Positions 44,572 through 59,546 of a stretch of DNA of 64,000 nucleotides are shown one piece after another. This DNA is from Chrysomallon squamiferum. Taxonomy: Eukaryota > Animalia > Mollusca. The notes under the pieces are model-generated. The model ran no database searches. It was not told the origin of the DNA and was given only the letters and a program-made list of their open reading frames with translations. The position numbers and the translations under genes are program-made. The stretch spans positions 23,622,001 through 23,686,000 of the forward strand of contig CM022665.1 of NCBI GenBank assembly GCA_012295275.1, in the 5' to 3' direction. Numbering within the stretch: the first letter of the stretch is position 1; each line of letters begins with the position of its first letter.

Positions 44572-47065
44572 TACATACAATCTTTAGAAGTAAAATATTT
44601 CTTTTGACAGGGAACTAAAATATATGATTTCTAGATAGTGGTATTATTTTCTTAAAAGTGAAAAAAGATATGATTACATTTATCATAACTGTGAAGAGAT
44701 GTGTTTAGAAACTAAATACCGGTGATGACTACGGCTTGAATTTATGAGAAATGTACAGTGTTATCATATCTTTAGAGAAAAATATCTGACATTTATGAGA
44801 AATGCATAGAGAAATAAAATATTTTTAGAACTATGTATATAAATAGAACGAGCTCAAATTTATTAAAAAAAAAAAAAAAAAAAAAGAAGATTTATTTTAA
44901 AATAGCGATGTATATTTATATTACAAAAAATATATTTATTAGAGACGAACTTAATATTGTTAAGAACTGCAGAAATACAGATAGAAAATCTTTAAATTTA
45001 CTAAAAAAAAAGATACAGAGTGATATATAATGTTTAGAAACAGAATATCTGTATTAAATCCACTTTGAATTCCTGAGTACTACTGAGATATTAAATATTA
45101 AGTAAATAAAACTCTAAAACAGCAACGAACTTAAATCTGCAACAAAAGAGCAGTGATATAATGTACAGAGAGAAAAAAGATATTTGTACTAACATAAATT
45201 TTCGAGTATTGAACAAAGATGAAAAAAATCTTTAGAAAGATATCTCTGAAATAACGAGCTTGAATTTATGACAACTGTACTTCAAACACACCTATGCTAA
45301 CACTAGGGTTAATATTTTTTACAACTGCATGGAGATATAATGTCTACAGAAACATCAATCACATTTATTAGAAATACACAGAGATATTAAATAGTTCGTA
45401 AATATATCTATAATAATAACGACCTTAAGTTTATGAGAATTAAACTTTCACAGCATATACGTAGAAGAAAAATAGCTATACTAACAACAAGCTCGGATTT
45501 GTGACTAAAAATATACATGCAAAAGTTATTTTTTCAGAATGCTGTTTAGTTTTTTTAATAATAAATACTGATTCTAAATACTAATTCTAGAAACAACTGT
45601 TTACAAATAATCTATTATTTTCAAATAAGTCTGTATAACATAATTGACTAAATACAGTTATTGAAGTGTTCTTAAATGTGGTTTTAACAGTCATGAATCA
45701 CTGCATCACAAGTCTCCATTAAATTACATTTCACAGTGTGTAACACAGGAAACATTTATTATATGTTGAAGATATTAATTATTATTTTCAGCCGTTCATT
45801 AGATGTCAGACTTGTACATTACACAAAACATATTAGTATGTAATATACTGTTTGCGATTATGTAATTACTGATTTACAAAAATTGTTAGTAATAGCAAAA
45901 CGATTTATAACATACAGATCGTAATATTGTATTGATTTACAATATACTGATAGCAATAGAATATTGCTTTAAAATACATTAATTTACAATATAGTGTTTC
46001 TTAGAAGACGTTTCAGAGCTAAAGGAAAAATATCGCAGAAGGATTTCTAATATAAGTTTAATAACGTCATTCAGAAATACAGGATTATTTTACTTTGTGG
46101 CCTAGTATCTTCATTTGGAATATATCTAACGATCGCTGAATCAAAATTTTAAATGAGCTTCCATAATTTTATATTACTTTAAAATTCTTGCACGCTAAAA
46201 AAAAAAAAAAAAAAAAAAATTCGGCGAATTCAATTAAGGCTCATGTATTAGCCAGCTTGTTACACGCAATAAACGTCAGTCTTGTCTCTGTTAAAAATCG
46301 TCTGCCCGAAAAACTAATAAATGTCCAGAGTGATTTAAGTCCCGGTTTTCTCCTGGACTTTCAGTATTACATGCCAGAACATGATTGATTTAATTTGGCC
46401 AGTTTACTCCAGACCAATGTGAAATCAAAATGATACATCAGCTCGTTTTCAATATTAAACAGTTTGTCACGCCTCCGGCTGTGTTCTATAATAATTATGT
46501 TTCTTGACAGTTTTTTAGAAAGTAAAAAAAAATAAAAAATGTTATTATTACCAAAAGTAGATATTATAATGTCGGTTGTTTAATTTTTGTTTGTCAAAAT
46601 ACCAGTTCCAATTTTCGAATTCAGACACAAGGAAACTAAGAAAAGTCTCTCTCCCAAAAACAGAAGAATACAAACACACACATGCAGACATACAAAAACT
46701 TATAAAAAAATATACAAAGATTAACCACTGTTTTGCTAACCTATCAAAAAAAAACAAAAACAAACAAACAAACTCGAAACGAATACACTCATATCTTTAA
46801 AAAGATATATCAGTGTTAAAAATGTACTTATGAAGTGCACAGATAAATAAAATATTTTTAGAACTAAAGATATAAAAGGAACAACAAGCTTTAATTTTAA
46901 AAAACTGCGGTCTTTTATATTTATAATAAAAAAAGTTTAATAATAATAAGTTTATTAACCACGAACTTACTAAGAACTGCAGGGATACATAAACAAAATC
47001 TTTAGATATATTTGATTTTAAATTTACTGAAAAACATACACAGCAGTATCCAACACTTTGTGAGA

Positions 47066-47100
<35 letters not shown>

Positions 47101-48672
47101 TCTCGGTAAAACCCAGGTTTTCTTGTCTTCTCAAAAACACTACGATAAAAAGAACCTAGGGAATAATAATAATCAACTACAAACAGAACATATTTATTGC
47201 TTAACCAATACACTCCCAACCATTTGACACTCTCATAACCAAGTTTACCATCTCGTGACTATCTTCCAGAATTATTGTACATAAAACCCAAGTAATTTGC
47301 AATACTCCCTGATCAGTTTTAATAATTTATAGGTCTGTTGTTATCTTCAGGGACCCACTGCTGAAATATAATGTAGCCATTGGAAATTAAAACTAATTAT
47401 ATTTGTTGTCGAAATAGTTTCTACATTTCATTCATAAGATGATTGTTTTTTTTTTGTTGTTTCTTTTTTGTTTTTTGTTTTTTTGTTTTGAAAGAAATGT
47501 TAAGTATCAGTTTATGCTAGCATAACCTTTTTAACTTATACAAGAACACGAAATATACTGAAAAGCTTGATGATAATGATTTATACATTTTCGATTCTCT
47601 CTTCAGTGAATATAAAATATATTGGAAATAAAACTACATGTGCAGGTTTATGTGCGTACATGTGTTTAACCATCAGATTGGCTATCAGATTTTACAAAAA
47701 CTTTAATTTAATATTATAATAATAAATGTTATATGTATCAATCAATATAGCGTTAAACTTATAATAAAAACTGTATTGACTGTCACAATATTATACTTTG
47801 CGAAACTGACGTACCTCAATTAAGTACGTCTTGACGCATGATGACGTGTCTAAGTACTTCTAACCAAGATTCCATAATTTACTTTGCTCGCTTTGTCATC
47901 TTCAGAGACGATCTGAACCGCGTAGCAGTCGCGAGAAGTTCTGTACTTAGCTGGCAAATCGAATAAGGCTGTCAGGAACAGAATAAACAGTTTCGATTCC
48001 ACATTACACCCACAAACTGTTTATGACCTCGTTGCAAATTGAACGTTTGTCACTTTCGCGCCACATACACAGATTAAAGTCGATAAAGAAGAAACTGGCG
48101 CATTTTGAAATGAAAACAAAAAAAAAAATTATTCATAGCTGTTTACGTTAACGCATCCGTATATTATATACGCCAAAATGTTGGAGTAACTCTGATAAAA
48201 GTTTAATGGAAATGTTCCTTTTAATGAAAATCTTGTTGAGTTATCTACAGAGGTAGACATTTTTATTTTTATTATTATTATTATTTTAACAGATGATATG
48301 TGTTCCTCTTTATGTTGATTGTGTTGCCAATGGAAGCTGTAGTTGTAGCAGCAGTAGCAGTAGTAGTAGTAGTAGTAGTAATGGAAATGAAATATATGTA
48401 TATTTTAATTTGCATTCTTACATATTCATTCTTCTCTAATTTATATTCATCGTCTCGTCAAGAACGTTGAACCCTGCGCTGTCCCTACAAGACTAATAAA
48501 AGCAGTGAGACATGATGTCTGTAAATCTGTTCATCTTGCGCAAAAACTTTGCAATGTCGAATTACAGATGTATTACTCAGTAAGATAATGTACGAGCGGG
48601 ATGTCGTGTATAATGATTCAGGTCGTCAGAGATTTGTTATCGCTGTTCCGTCAAGCGATGCAGTGATAAAGT

Positions 48673-48736
48673 CAGGGCTGGTTCCACACTATTCTGCGCC
48701 CTAGGCAAGGCCAACTACTTGCACAGACAAACGCGC

Positions 48737-48788
<52 letters not shown>

Positions 48789-49149
48789 CCGCCCCAAAAT
48801 TGCTAATATCGATTTTCAAAAACATGATTTGAGACAAAAATAAAAAGCACAAAAACTGAAAGTGCCTACGGTACCAACTTTAAAGGCATTATATCCATTA
48901 ACATGTCAGTGGCCCAGCTACCCCCAGTTTTTGAGGACATATGGCCCTTGACCTAAAAACATATGACATTACATGTGGTTTTCAATACAAAATAAAGAAA
49001 ATGGTGCCTTTGTGAGTGTGTCAACGCAAATTACATATAAACAAAATAGTTTTTGCTTCGAGCAATAAGTTTTAGATATTCAAAAGCAAAATGTTAAATA
49101 ACATAATGCCCCTATCAGAGGTCTGCTCCTAATGCTGGCGCTGGCCGTG
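48673..49149. mobile_element. Degenerate hAT-like non-autonomous element
   Basis: Starts CAGGGCTGG..gcgccctaggcaa and ends ..gctggccGTG. The 8-bp flanks are gataaagt / gatacaga (6/8 match). Confidence 0.45.
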
Positions 49150-50509
49150 GATACAGAGTTCTTTCAGACTGGAAAATGTCACACGAAACAGAGCCGCTGC
49201 TACATGTGAAAGAAAACCGGAACTTTTTTCAAACGGAAGCTCTGTATATACTGCGTAACGACCGTGGAAACTTTGTTCACACGATATTCATAGCCTGTTA
49301 TTGAGGCGCAACTGGTGTTTAATAACAACAACAACAACAACGACATCAGACAGCAGCATACTGGCTTAAAGATTTATTTCTTCTTCGGCGTCTTTATTTG
49401 ATAATGTCGCAGTGTCACAGAGTCGTCTGAAATGTGATCGATGTGAGGTCATGTAAAGTATTTCATTTCAGCAAACTTTTCCTGGTATCTGACAGTTTCA
49501 TATAAATAATTTAAGTAACTTAGAGCACAAAACTGTGGTGACCGAACACGTGATTTGAACGTGAAAGAAGTCAAAAATAAGCATGAACTGAATGTCTGTG
49601 TAATTAGCCCTCTGTTACAATTAACTGTACTGCGTGTTATTAGCCAGAATGGAATCTTTAACACTGCGTGCAAAACATTCGCATAATGATTTAAGCAGCG
49701 ACTGTAAGTTTTTGTTCACAATAACTCTAAATAGATGCTACACTGACCATAAAGAATTGGCCAGCCGCTGATTAAACAGTATGTCGAACGTTCGCTAAGA
49801 AAATATCCTTTCCCTTTCCTTTATCTGCCTACTGGAATGACATTATTAACGCCTGTAGGGGCTCCAAAAGCAAGTCTTAGTCACGAAGTACAAATCGATC
49901 CAGCCAGCACCATCACCAAAGGCGAATTCATTCAGCGAGGGTTTTATGGTTTCGTAGAGGTTAACTCCACAAAGCCAGGAATTTATTCACCGTGTCTGAT
50001 ATAGAGTCACTTGCTACGTGAGATTAATGTGCAATTTTTAAAAAGAAAGAAAGAATAAAAAAAAAAGAAAGAAAGAATAAAAAAAAAAAAAATGTGAACT
50101 AGCTGTCGTTAAAACGATTTTTAAGTCTTCTGTTTAACTGCTGGTAAGAATTAATCTGAATATTTAGCATGAAACCAGGAATTCACATATTGGAATTGCA
50201 CTAAATTATCCCTTAAGTTGCCTTTTTCGTTTCCTGCCGCAGAACAAGAACTGTATCCCAAAGCAATTATAGCCGTTACTGGCTTTTATTTTCTCTGTGG
50301 AAAATCTTACCGAAATAAAGCAATAAGAAGGTCGGGTCGTTAACCGACCCACTCGTAAAGACCAGTTTTTCCAAAATGAACTGGAGAAAGACCGAAACGT
50401 CAATTGACTCAGTGAAAGGAATAGAAATGGACGTTTTGACGCCATTTTTATTGTCGAGAAAGTAAAACCAGTAATAATATAGAAAACAAAAATATATATA
50501 TATATATAT

Positions 50510-50548
<39 letters not shown>

Positions 50549-50604
50549 TGGAAATAACTGAATTAAATATAACAACTGTAATGTAGGTTTTAAAAATATG
50601 TTTG

Positions 50605-50651
<47 letters not shown>

Positions 50652-51317
50652 CGTGAATAGAGGAAAAATAACGTTATCGTTAAGCATCAAATGATCAATA
50701 AACAGTGGAAAATGTTTTTGCGTCTGTTATTGTTCCAGTTCTTTCAGTTTGGTATCCTGAAATAAACTGCAAGAAAATAAAAGTATAAATTTTAATTTAT
50801 TTTAATCTATAATCAGTGTGTATGTGCGTTTGTATACGTATATTATATTGATTAAAGACTTAAATAAACCCAGAACCCTAATCTGAAGTCGAATATCAGA
50901 ACAAATCATTGTCAAAGAAAATCATCAAACAACTCGAGCCTTTCCTCACAGCTACTGCGATACTTAGTTGTAAAACCGTCTTCGGTCTTCAGATATATAA
51001 TAAAACGAGAGCTGTGATTCAGTATAAATAATCAATACAGGGAAGATCAATAAAGGACACGGTCAAACTCGTATCCTTTGAAATTCAGCAATCTTTAACG
51101 TTTGTTTATTTTGTCAGTGATATCTTTCACGTTCTTGCATTCGGGAATTGTTATCTCCACTTAGCTAACATGATATATGTTTATCAGAATGCCTTCCATT
51201 TGTTAGACACACTATATCTGTAAGGTTTATTGGATATTTATGTGTTGTTGTTTTTTTTTTTTTTTAATTTTCTTACTATTTTTTATGCATACGTGTTAAA
51301 AATCTCAGGGTTTTGGG

Positions 51318-51401
<84 letters not shown>

Positions 51402-51801
51402 ACCCTCTTCCCTGTGTTTCACCTATTTGTTTTCATTTATTATACACACGTTATTTTTTCTATTAATTGTTACACACATATTATTTTATTTCTTATTTGT
51501 CATACAAACGTTCTATTTTCTCCTGTTTGTTACACACACATACGTTCTCTTTTCTTATGCATAATCAGATACATCTTTTCAGATATCTAAGTTGAAAGTT
51601 TTTTTTATTTATTATATAAACATCTTTATAAGGTCCTTTTTTTTCTCCGTGTGGGGGCTGTTTTTAATACATATTTCTAAACTCCTTTTTTCTTTCCTTC
51701 TTTTTCTTTTTCCTTTTTTCTCTCTCGCTCTCTCTTTGTTAGATAAATGCACGTCCTGTAAAAATTCACTATTTTTACATTACTGTTAAATATCTGAACG
51801 T

Positions 51802-51837
<36 letters not shown>

Positions 51838-52035
51838 AATCTAGACCATACAGTATTTACATTAAATATGTGAGCTTCATATACAATTGTATTCTGAAAT
51901 GTTTATCATAAAACAGTATTTTACTTTTACCATTATATTATTTCAGTACTGCAATCGTGAATCCGATAGATAAAGTGGTGTTGAATTGTCGTTGTTTTCA
52001 TGTTTTAATACAGTTAATGGTGCTATATAGGGTAC

Positions 52036-52133
<98 letters not shown>

Positions 52134-52704
52134 TGCGTGTGTGTATAAACTACTTGTTTTTATTTGATTTTGGGGTTTGTATGTTGATTTGTTATCTTTC
52201 TCTTTTCTTTTGATTCTTTTTTTTTAAATTATTCAGTATATACAATAAATGATGTTTATCTAAATAAAATCCACGTTATTTGAAATACCCCCTTCATCAT
52301 TATCATCATATTGCATCAACAAGCGTAACAGTTCATTTACGCAAAGTTATTGATTATTTGTTGTTGTTGTTGGGGTGTTGTTGTTTTTTTGTGGGGGAGT
52401 TGACGCTTCCTTCATAACCGTGGCTGGTAAATGAATCATGCTTTATATTCATGTTCACTGGCTTTTTTGTCTTGCTGAATTCATATCAGTCACGTATTGC
52501 TGATGCGGTGTAATGTGGTATAATATGTATGATTAATATTTAATTAATTTTCTAAGTAACACGCCACATTCCTTTCACCATAATAAATTATGCATAAAAC
52601 TGAATTTTCAAATTTCATTCAAACTACAACTAAATATTTAAATATGAAATATAAATTATTGAGTTGGCCAACTTCTGTTAATTTTATGTCTTTTTTGTAT
52701 CATA

Positions 52705-52868
52705 TGCTATCATATGGCGTCAGCAGAGAAGAAAATCCATAGCACAGCTCTTTGTAAACTGATATGGAGCATTTGTTGGAATGAGAAATAACACTGAGGA
52801 ATTACTAAGAAGAATTGACCCTAGAACCAATCACGTCTTGCAACCGCTTTTACCACTGAGCTATATCT
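52705..52868 (-). mobile_element. tRNA-derived SINE remnant
   Basis: The minus strand reads agatatagctcagtggtaaaagcggttgc...ggttctagggtcaattc, a Pol III A box (TAGCTCAGTGG) followed by a degenerate B-box region. No intact cloverleaf. Confidence 0.5.
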
Positions 52869-53024
52869 AGTTTTTAAGGCAACAGAAATGTTTTTATTGT
52901 TTTACATTACCTATTAATTCACTAGTACAGACGTAAACTGTTTACGATACCATTTTTATTAAAATAAATTATTTTCCTCGATTTATTTCCATTTTCACTG
53001 CATACTTAATACATGCGTGTGTGA

Positions 53025-53077
<53 letters not shown>

Positions 53078-53423
53078 GAAAGGATTAGTAAGTAAAGTGA
53101 AGTAATGGTTTTAGAGATATGAATACATGTGTTAGAATGAAGAATCTAAGTTACATATATCGCTGATGACTGTGGTTGAAGCGAAGTGGTAAAGTACTAG
53201 TACTTTTAGAATTAACGAAGTTAAATTCTCCAGAGATTAACATCGAGACTGAAGAAGACAAATTAACAGACGATATGTGAATAATAAAAGAAAGAATGTC
53301 AAGTACTGAATGGAGGTTGGGAAGTGGAGATAAGTAGACGAATATTAAGAAGCTTCACGGCATCACATATAGCAAGCAGTATCTGCACTGTTAACTGCAC
53401 GTGTTTGTGTACATCCAACCACC

Positions 53424-53474
<51 letters not shown>

Positions 53475-53477
53475 AAC

Positions 53478-53704
53478 CAGAGGTGGATCTAGATGTATTA
53501 TGAGGCTAATGAGGCTTAAGTTTCAATGCCCCTAAACGCAGGGTGGACCCAGAAGCAACTTTTGTGCATGTGACTTCAAAAATTTACGAAACACGCCATA
53601 GAAGAATATAATCATGGTTACCCAGACTTCGTTGCTACGTCCGAAGGGCTTCTATAACAGTTCAAGCTTCAGGGCCCCCCCAAAAAAATGTAAGTCCGCT
53701 ACTG
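53478..53704. mobile_element. hAT-like MITE
   Basis: Ends CAGAGGTGGATCTA / TAAGTCCGCTACTG form an imperfect TIR. The 8-bp flanks cacacaac / cacacatc (7/8 match) are consistent with a hAT target-site duplication. Confidence 0.65.
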
Positions 53705-54447
53705 CACACATCGTTATTCAGTATATAAACACAAAAAATAAAATTTAAAATAACACAGCACGACTGCAGGATAGCAGGGACTCTATTTAGACCCGTTCAT
53801 TTCATTCAAGCTATAGTGTTTTCATTTTGTTTTGTTGTTGTTTTTTTTTGCGGTGGGGCGTTGTTTGCGTTCTTTTTTTCTTTTCTTTTTTTTTCAGTAT
53901 AAAGAAATCAATGAAAAAGTAAGACAAAAAAAAAGAAAAAGAAAGATACTTAGCTGTTAGTTAATTTATTAATGACTGAAAAGTGCAAACTCATAGCATG
54001 ATGCTGTCCATTATCAGACTGTTTCAGGTCCTGGCCATTGTGTTGTAGGTGGACCATTAGTCACGCAAACGGATATCACGCAAAGAGACGGGATCACCAT
54101 CCTGTCGCTGATACTGGCAGTTTTTATCGAACTGTCTGTCAGTCGGTGGACTCGACTAAAACAGTCGTGTTACTTGGTGCTTCTGATACATAATTGACAA
54201 AACTATTTCCAGCGACAGAATATATATACACTTTTTTATTTGTCATCTCTTTTATCTTTTCTATTATCTGTTATAAGAAACAAATAATGGCTTGTCTGTG
54301 TGTTGTTTGTGTGTGTCTGTATATGCAGACGGATGGATGGATGGATATGTATATGGATATGGAAATATGGATATAGACACACACACATACACACACACAC
54401 AACATACACAAACACACATTCATATTCACAGACAATACTCACTTACA

Positions 54448-54516
<69 letters not shown>

Positions 54517-55334
54517 GGAACCCAGTTAATTATAGACAAAACGTAAATATGTTTTGCTCAGTGGAGCACTGAAGGATATGTTTTTTTTCTGTTTTTTTTT
54601 CTTGGCGGATTTCCAAACTAAATTAATCATTAAAAACTTTAGTCAACATATTTCATTTGCACCTGCTGTCGGATTTTGTTTCCTTTATTTTATTTTTTTT
54701 TATTTTTTTATCCTTTTGTTTGTTTGTTTGTTTGTTGTTAGTTTGCATTTTTATTTTTTTTTTTTTTTTTTTTTTTTTTTTATCGGGAAAATCACAGAGA
54801 GAAAAAGAGAACACACACACACAAAACAAAAATAAAAAATCAACCCAGTGTTTGTTGGTTTTTTTTCGTTTTTATTACGTGTATTTTTTTTCTCTCTTTC
54901 TCTCTCGTTCTATCTTCAAGACAACATATGAGAAAGCCGCTGAAGTGCTGATGTTTCAATGATATCTTTAACACGTTTCAAACTCCCGTTAAATTCTAAA
55001 CTGTAGTCTAAAAAATATATATATTAATTATTTCTTGTCCAAAAATAACAGTTCGTTAAAACTAGGGTGTCTGTTTAAAGACTCTGGAAATACTTGTTTT
55101 ATTATTATTATTATTATTATTTTTTTTTTTTATGGCAGGATGAGAAGCAGTAAAAAATAAATTTGTGTCGGTATAAAAGTACACTATAAATAAGAAAATA
55201 GGTTCTTGATATTTAAAGAATGCTGATGCAATTTCGTGTGCTATTTACAGAGTGAAATAAAAGAGACTGGGGAAAGACAGAGTGAAAAGAATAAAAAATA
55301 TGAAACAAAAAGGCTGTGAGGAAAGTTGAGAAAT

Positions 55335-55400
<66 letters not shown>

Positions 55401-56031
55401 GTTATGACTCCTCACATTTAAAAATATTTATTAAAAGGATGCTATTTTTTTTATCATCACTGACATTATCGTTACTATTTTTGTGATACATGCTATTTTA
55501 AGATACTTATTACGACAAAAATTCAAAGTAATATATTTCCATGCAAGAATGAAATAGTATGCTTCAATTCGTCAACTTATCCTAACTTAAGCCTCTTTTC
55601 AGTTGTTTTTGGAACAGATCTATTAACTGTAAAAATCACTTGCGTTTATTTTTAAGCCTTAATCAGGCGAGCTTAATACATGTATATATCTTAATAACAA
55701 CAGCACTAAGAAAATCAGATGCTTTCTAAATGGCGAGAGTTAACGTGTATCTGTAAATCTGTGAAACTGTAATTTCCTAACCAGCTTTTACCCTTTAACT
55801 AATGGTTACGTCACAAAAGGGAAAATATTGTATTTCAGTTCACCATTGTTACGTCATAAATACACATATAATAAAAGTTTGACTGTTCTTTATATATCTT
55901 GTGTAAGCAGTCTTCCAAAGAAAGGAAAGATAAATCAGTCGTATTGCAATGGCTTGAAGGGGATAAAGTACTGTAAGCACTGATGATGTAGTAAAGTGCT
56001 ATGAAAGTATTTTCTTCTTTTTTATCATCTC

Positions 56032-56037
56032 CTTCTT

Positions 56038-56105
<68 letters not shown>

Positions 56106-56126
56106 TACTACTACTATTATTATTAT
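56032..56126. repeat. Compound (CTT)n(ATT)n(ACT)n microsatellite directly upstream of exon 2
   Basis: Direct inspection. Confidence 0.9.
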
Positions 56127-56141
56127 ATTTGGTTATTTCAG

Positions 56142-56373
56142 ACTGTTTCGGTCAAACAATGGATTGCAGCACTTATTTAAAGAGTTCAGAGACATAGACA
56201 GCAATGATGATCTGCGAACTAACGAGCTGTTGGCCAAGCATTCTAACATGGTGATGGCTCTACTAGACGAGGCTATATGTAACATAGACAATGTGGACTA
56301 CACTCTGGAAGTTTTATCTAGGGCAGGGCGATCACATGCTAGATTTGAGGGATTCTCTCCAGACCTATTCGTG
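56142..56373 (+). CDS. Globin gene 1, coding exon 2 (B12 to G6)
   Basis: Acceptor ttatttcAG|A completes the Arg codon from exon 1. It then reads LFRSNNGLQHLFKEFRDIDSNDDLRTNELLAKHSNMVMALLDEAICNIDNVDYTLEVLSRAGRSHARFEGFSPDLFV, with Phe CD1 (HLF), distal His E7 (AKH) and proximal His F8 (RSH). Donor GTAGGT at 56374 is in phase 0, the G7.0 intron. Confidence 0.93.
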
Positions 56374-56784
56374 GTAGGTATACATTTGAAGTCGTTAACA
56401 TATTTAAACTGAAATGTCTACATCTGGTGAAAAGCTTGTTCTCCCACGAGGGTATATATATTCTGATTTTATCTGACTTAGATTCTCGCACGAAAAAAAA
56501 AAAAAACTCGAACAAAACAAAGAAAGATGATCTGTTAGGCACTACAAAGACAAAGCATTTGAATATTCCTTCCTCTGACTGTCTGTTACTTCCAGCAGTC
56601 CGTAACTCCTGATTTTTGTTCAAAGGCGATCGTACCTGTCTTTGATGAATTGATCAGAAGCGCTAGTTCTGTAATCACGAGAAAGCACAGATGTACCTTG
56701 TCTCCAAAACAGAGTTTGTATGAACGATTGTCGCTTGGCCCTCGGCATCACTGGTTTTCATCGGCAGGGACCTCAGTGATTACG

Positions 56785-56823
<39 letters not shown>

Positions 56824-58114
56824 TACAGCTTGTCAACGTAGCTTTGAATGTATAAAAAGACTATAGAGCATCATCAATTAAATTCATTTTATAATGCATG
56901 AAACCCCATATCGGTGGGAGACCAATCTCTCTAGAATCTAGACACTGAAATGTTGTTTTGACATCACAGTTATTTCCCTTATGTTTTCTTGTTAATAATT
57001 TTAAAATAGTACATCGTAGACTAATTTTTGCCGTTTTCTCTGGATTTTACAATACCCATAACTATGTTTTATGGTTTATGGTTTATGGTTTATGGATCTC
57101 TACATTACTATGATACATACAGCTGAAAGGATAAAAAAAATAATAATAATAATAATTAAAGGAAGAAGAAGAAGAATGTATAATTAGTTTAAAACAAACC
57201 CTAGAACAGCTTATTTGGTTCATAGAGAAACCGAGTATAATCTCTTAATGCTGCAGCTTTTTCTGTTGGCAGTGTTTTGATTAAATGTCACATTAATCTA
57301 TGACTAGCATTTAATAGCTTATGATTAAAGAATGTCGTTAAATAAACATTTCTTCTTTCATCTGACATACGTTGAATGTAGATTTTTCTTTTTTCTTGTC
57401 AGTGCATTAAGATTATCATTAATCTACAAATCTATTTCGCCTAGCGAAAGGAAATGGCTGGAAATGGTTCTTGACGTTAATTTTACTTTTGCCTAGCAAT
57501 GCTAAAGAGAAAAAAAAAAGATAAAGAAAAAAATCGAAGAGAATTGAATTAGTAACGCTGTTGGTTGTTTGGTAGCTTGGGACTTTATGCATCACACGCT
57601 GGTCATATACTTTTGACAAGAAGATGAAAAATGCGACTGCGTTAAGATAGAGGGATGATAAGATTAAATCTGGAAACAATTTTAACGTGTTATTAATTAT
57701 CTGGCAGTGCAGAAAATATTGTGATATTAGCAACAGTACATATGATGAATATTTATTTATATATTTATTAATTTATTTATTTATTTATTTATTTAATATG
57801 CTAACGTTTTATTAGTTAACAATTTCTTGTTATTAATTTTTGTTCTTTCATTGTAACTGTTTTTGTTTATGATCTTCCCGTGTTTTGAAATGTATCTCTT
57901 CAGAGTTACTACATGTAATACTTACTAGCAGTAGCAGAAAATACGGATTCAAATTACGTTAATTATATAATGTACTACACATACTGAAGCTATTTACTGT
58001 TAAAATTATTCTGAGTGTTTACGTGTATTCGTGTTTGTGTCTAACCGCGAGAAAGCGTGTATGGTCTTATAACTTCTACATGTTTTAATATATATAAATT
58101 TCTTAATATTTCAG
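56374..58114 (+). other. Intron 2 of globin gene 1 (1,741 bp, phase 0, G7.0)
   Basis: GTAGGT...TTTCAG boundaries. The junction reads PDLFV|WMEKPF. Confidence 0.88.
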
Positions 58115-58255
58115 TGGATGGAAAAGCCTTTCCTGGAAGCTGTGAAACTGACACTTGGTGACAGATATACAGACAATATGGACATTATTTACAAGCTAGC
58201 CATCAAATTCTTCTTAAGCAATATGGCAAAAGCGAACAACAATGAGCTAACATGA
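58115..58255 (+). CDS. Globin gene 1, coding exon 3 (G7 to stop)
   Basis: Acceptor aatatttcAG| is followed by WMEKPFLEAVKLTLGDRYTDNMDIIYKLAIKFFLSNMAKANNNELT-TGA. PFLEAVKxTLGDRYT is a typical GbXL G-GH-H segment. Spliced CDS is 215+232+141 = 588 nt, or 195 aa plus stop. This exon is not in the ORF track. Confidence 0.92.
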   Translation, partial: WMEKPFLEAVKLTLGDRYTDNMDIIYKLAIKFFLSNMAKANNNELT

Positions 58256-58309
58256 TGGCTGGTTGATTCATTCCAGAAACAGAGTTTCTGTTGGTTCTCT
58301 ACAAAAATA

Positions 58310-58342
<33 letters not shown>

Positions 58343-59500
58343 TACATATATATTATTTAAATTTAGGATACTGCTGCGATAGTGTCAGAAAAGAAGGACG
58401 AGCGTTGTACAGAATTGTCCATCGATCATTGTATTTCAAAGCCGTGCAACAAAACGCAAACTCAAGCAATGACTTGACGACGACGCTGGAGGAGTACCAC
58501 TGAAATGAAAAGATATAAGCACAGTAATGGAAACCAGTCTTTCTGCGACTGCACTGATAAATGAAATGCATCAGTGGTGATTCCTAAGATAAATGCATGT
58601 AATTATTATTGTTATCCAAACTTCCAGATCGTTTTTTCGGTTTCAGTTTGGATGGTAGCAGCTGCAGTGCAGTTTCGCTCTTTTCATATTGAAGTGGATT
58701 TGTTGCATAGTGTGTTTTCAAAGACAGTTAAAGGGATGAATATATATATATATATGTATTCAAATTAATAAATATATATATATATATAGTTCTTCTTCTG
58801 TCCCTTTAGAGCGTTATTATTTCCATTTTAAATCTTAGTAATAGTCTTTATGTAAACAACATCAAAAGAAGTTGGTTTTAGTGTTTCGATTAAACTGATA
58901 CAGTAATTCTGTATATTGTTCTGTTTGTTCAGTTCATACACATATGCTCCCACACACACACACACGCACGCACGCACACACACACACACACGTACACACA
59001 CACACATAGACACACACACAAACACAAATACACAGAGTTTTTTTACATTATTAAAAAAAAAAATCTGATTTAGTAACAACAGCGGCTATAATGAATAATG
59101 TTTAAGATAATGACAGCCATCCGGTTTGATGGTGTCCGCCCTGTTTTTGCTATCAAACAAGTTTAGTCATATGTATAATATCTGGAAATAATAATTTATA
59201 GTTCATGTATTGTAATAGCTGTACTTCAATTTATAAAGTAAATTCTGTATCAGACATTTAAAATTATAAAAATGTATTTTTCTTTAAATGTTTAAATGTA
59301 AATGTTATGTAGTATGAGAATCTTTGTTTATTTATTAATTACATATGTTTATTTATTTATTTGTTTGTTTATTTCTTGCTTTTTTTTTGCTTGTTTCGTT
59401 ATTTGTTTGTTTATGTTGTGTGTGTGTTTTTTTAATAATTTTAATAATTTTTTATTTAATTTAATATTTTTAGTTTAATTATTTTCTTTATTTATTTAAT

Positions 59501-59546
<46 letters not shown>

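Noticed and set aside
52810-52868. tRNA gene on the minus strand
   Set aside because: An A box is present but there is no intact acceptor or T-arm pairing, so it is better explained as a SINE head.
56374-56412. C-terminal part (VGIHLKSLTYLN) of the ORF-track entry 56164..56412
   Set aside because: Read-through into intron 2. The globin continues at 58115 after the G7.0 donor.
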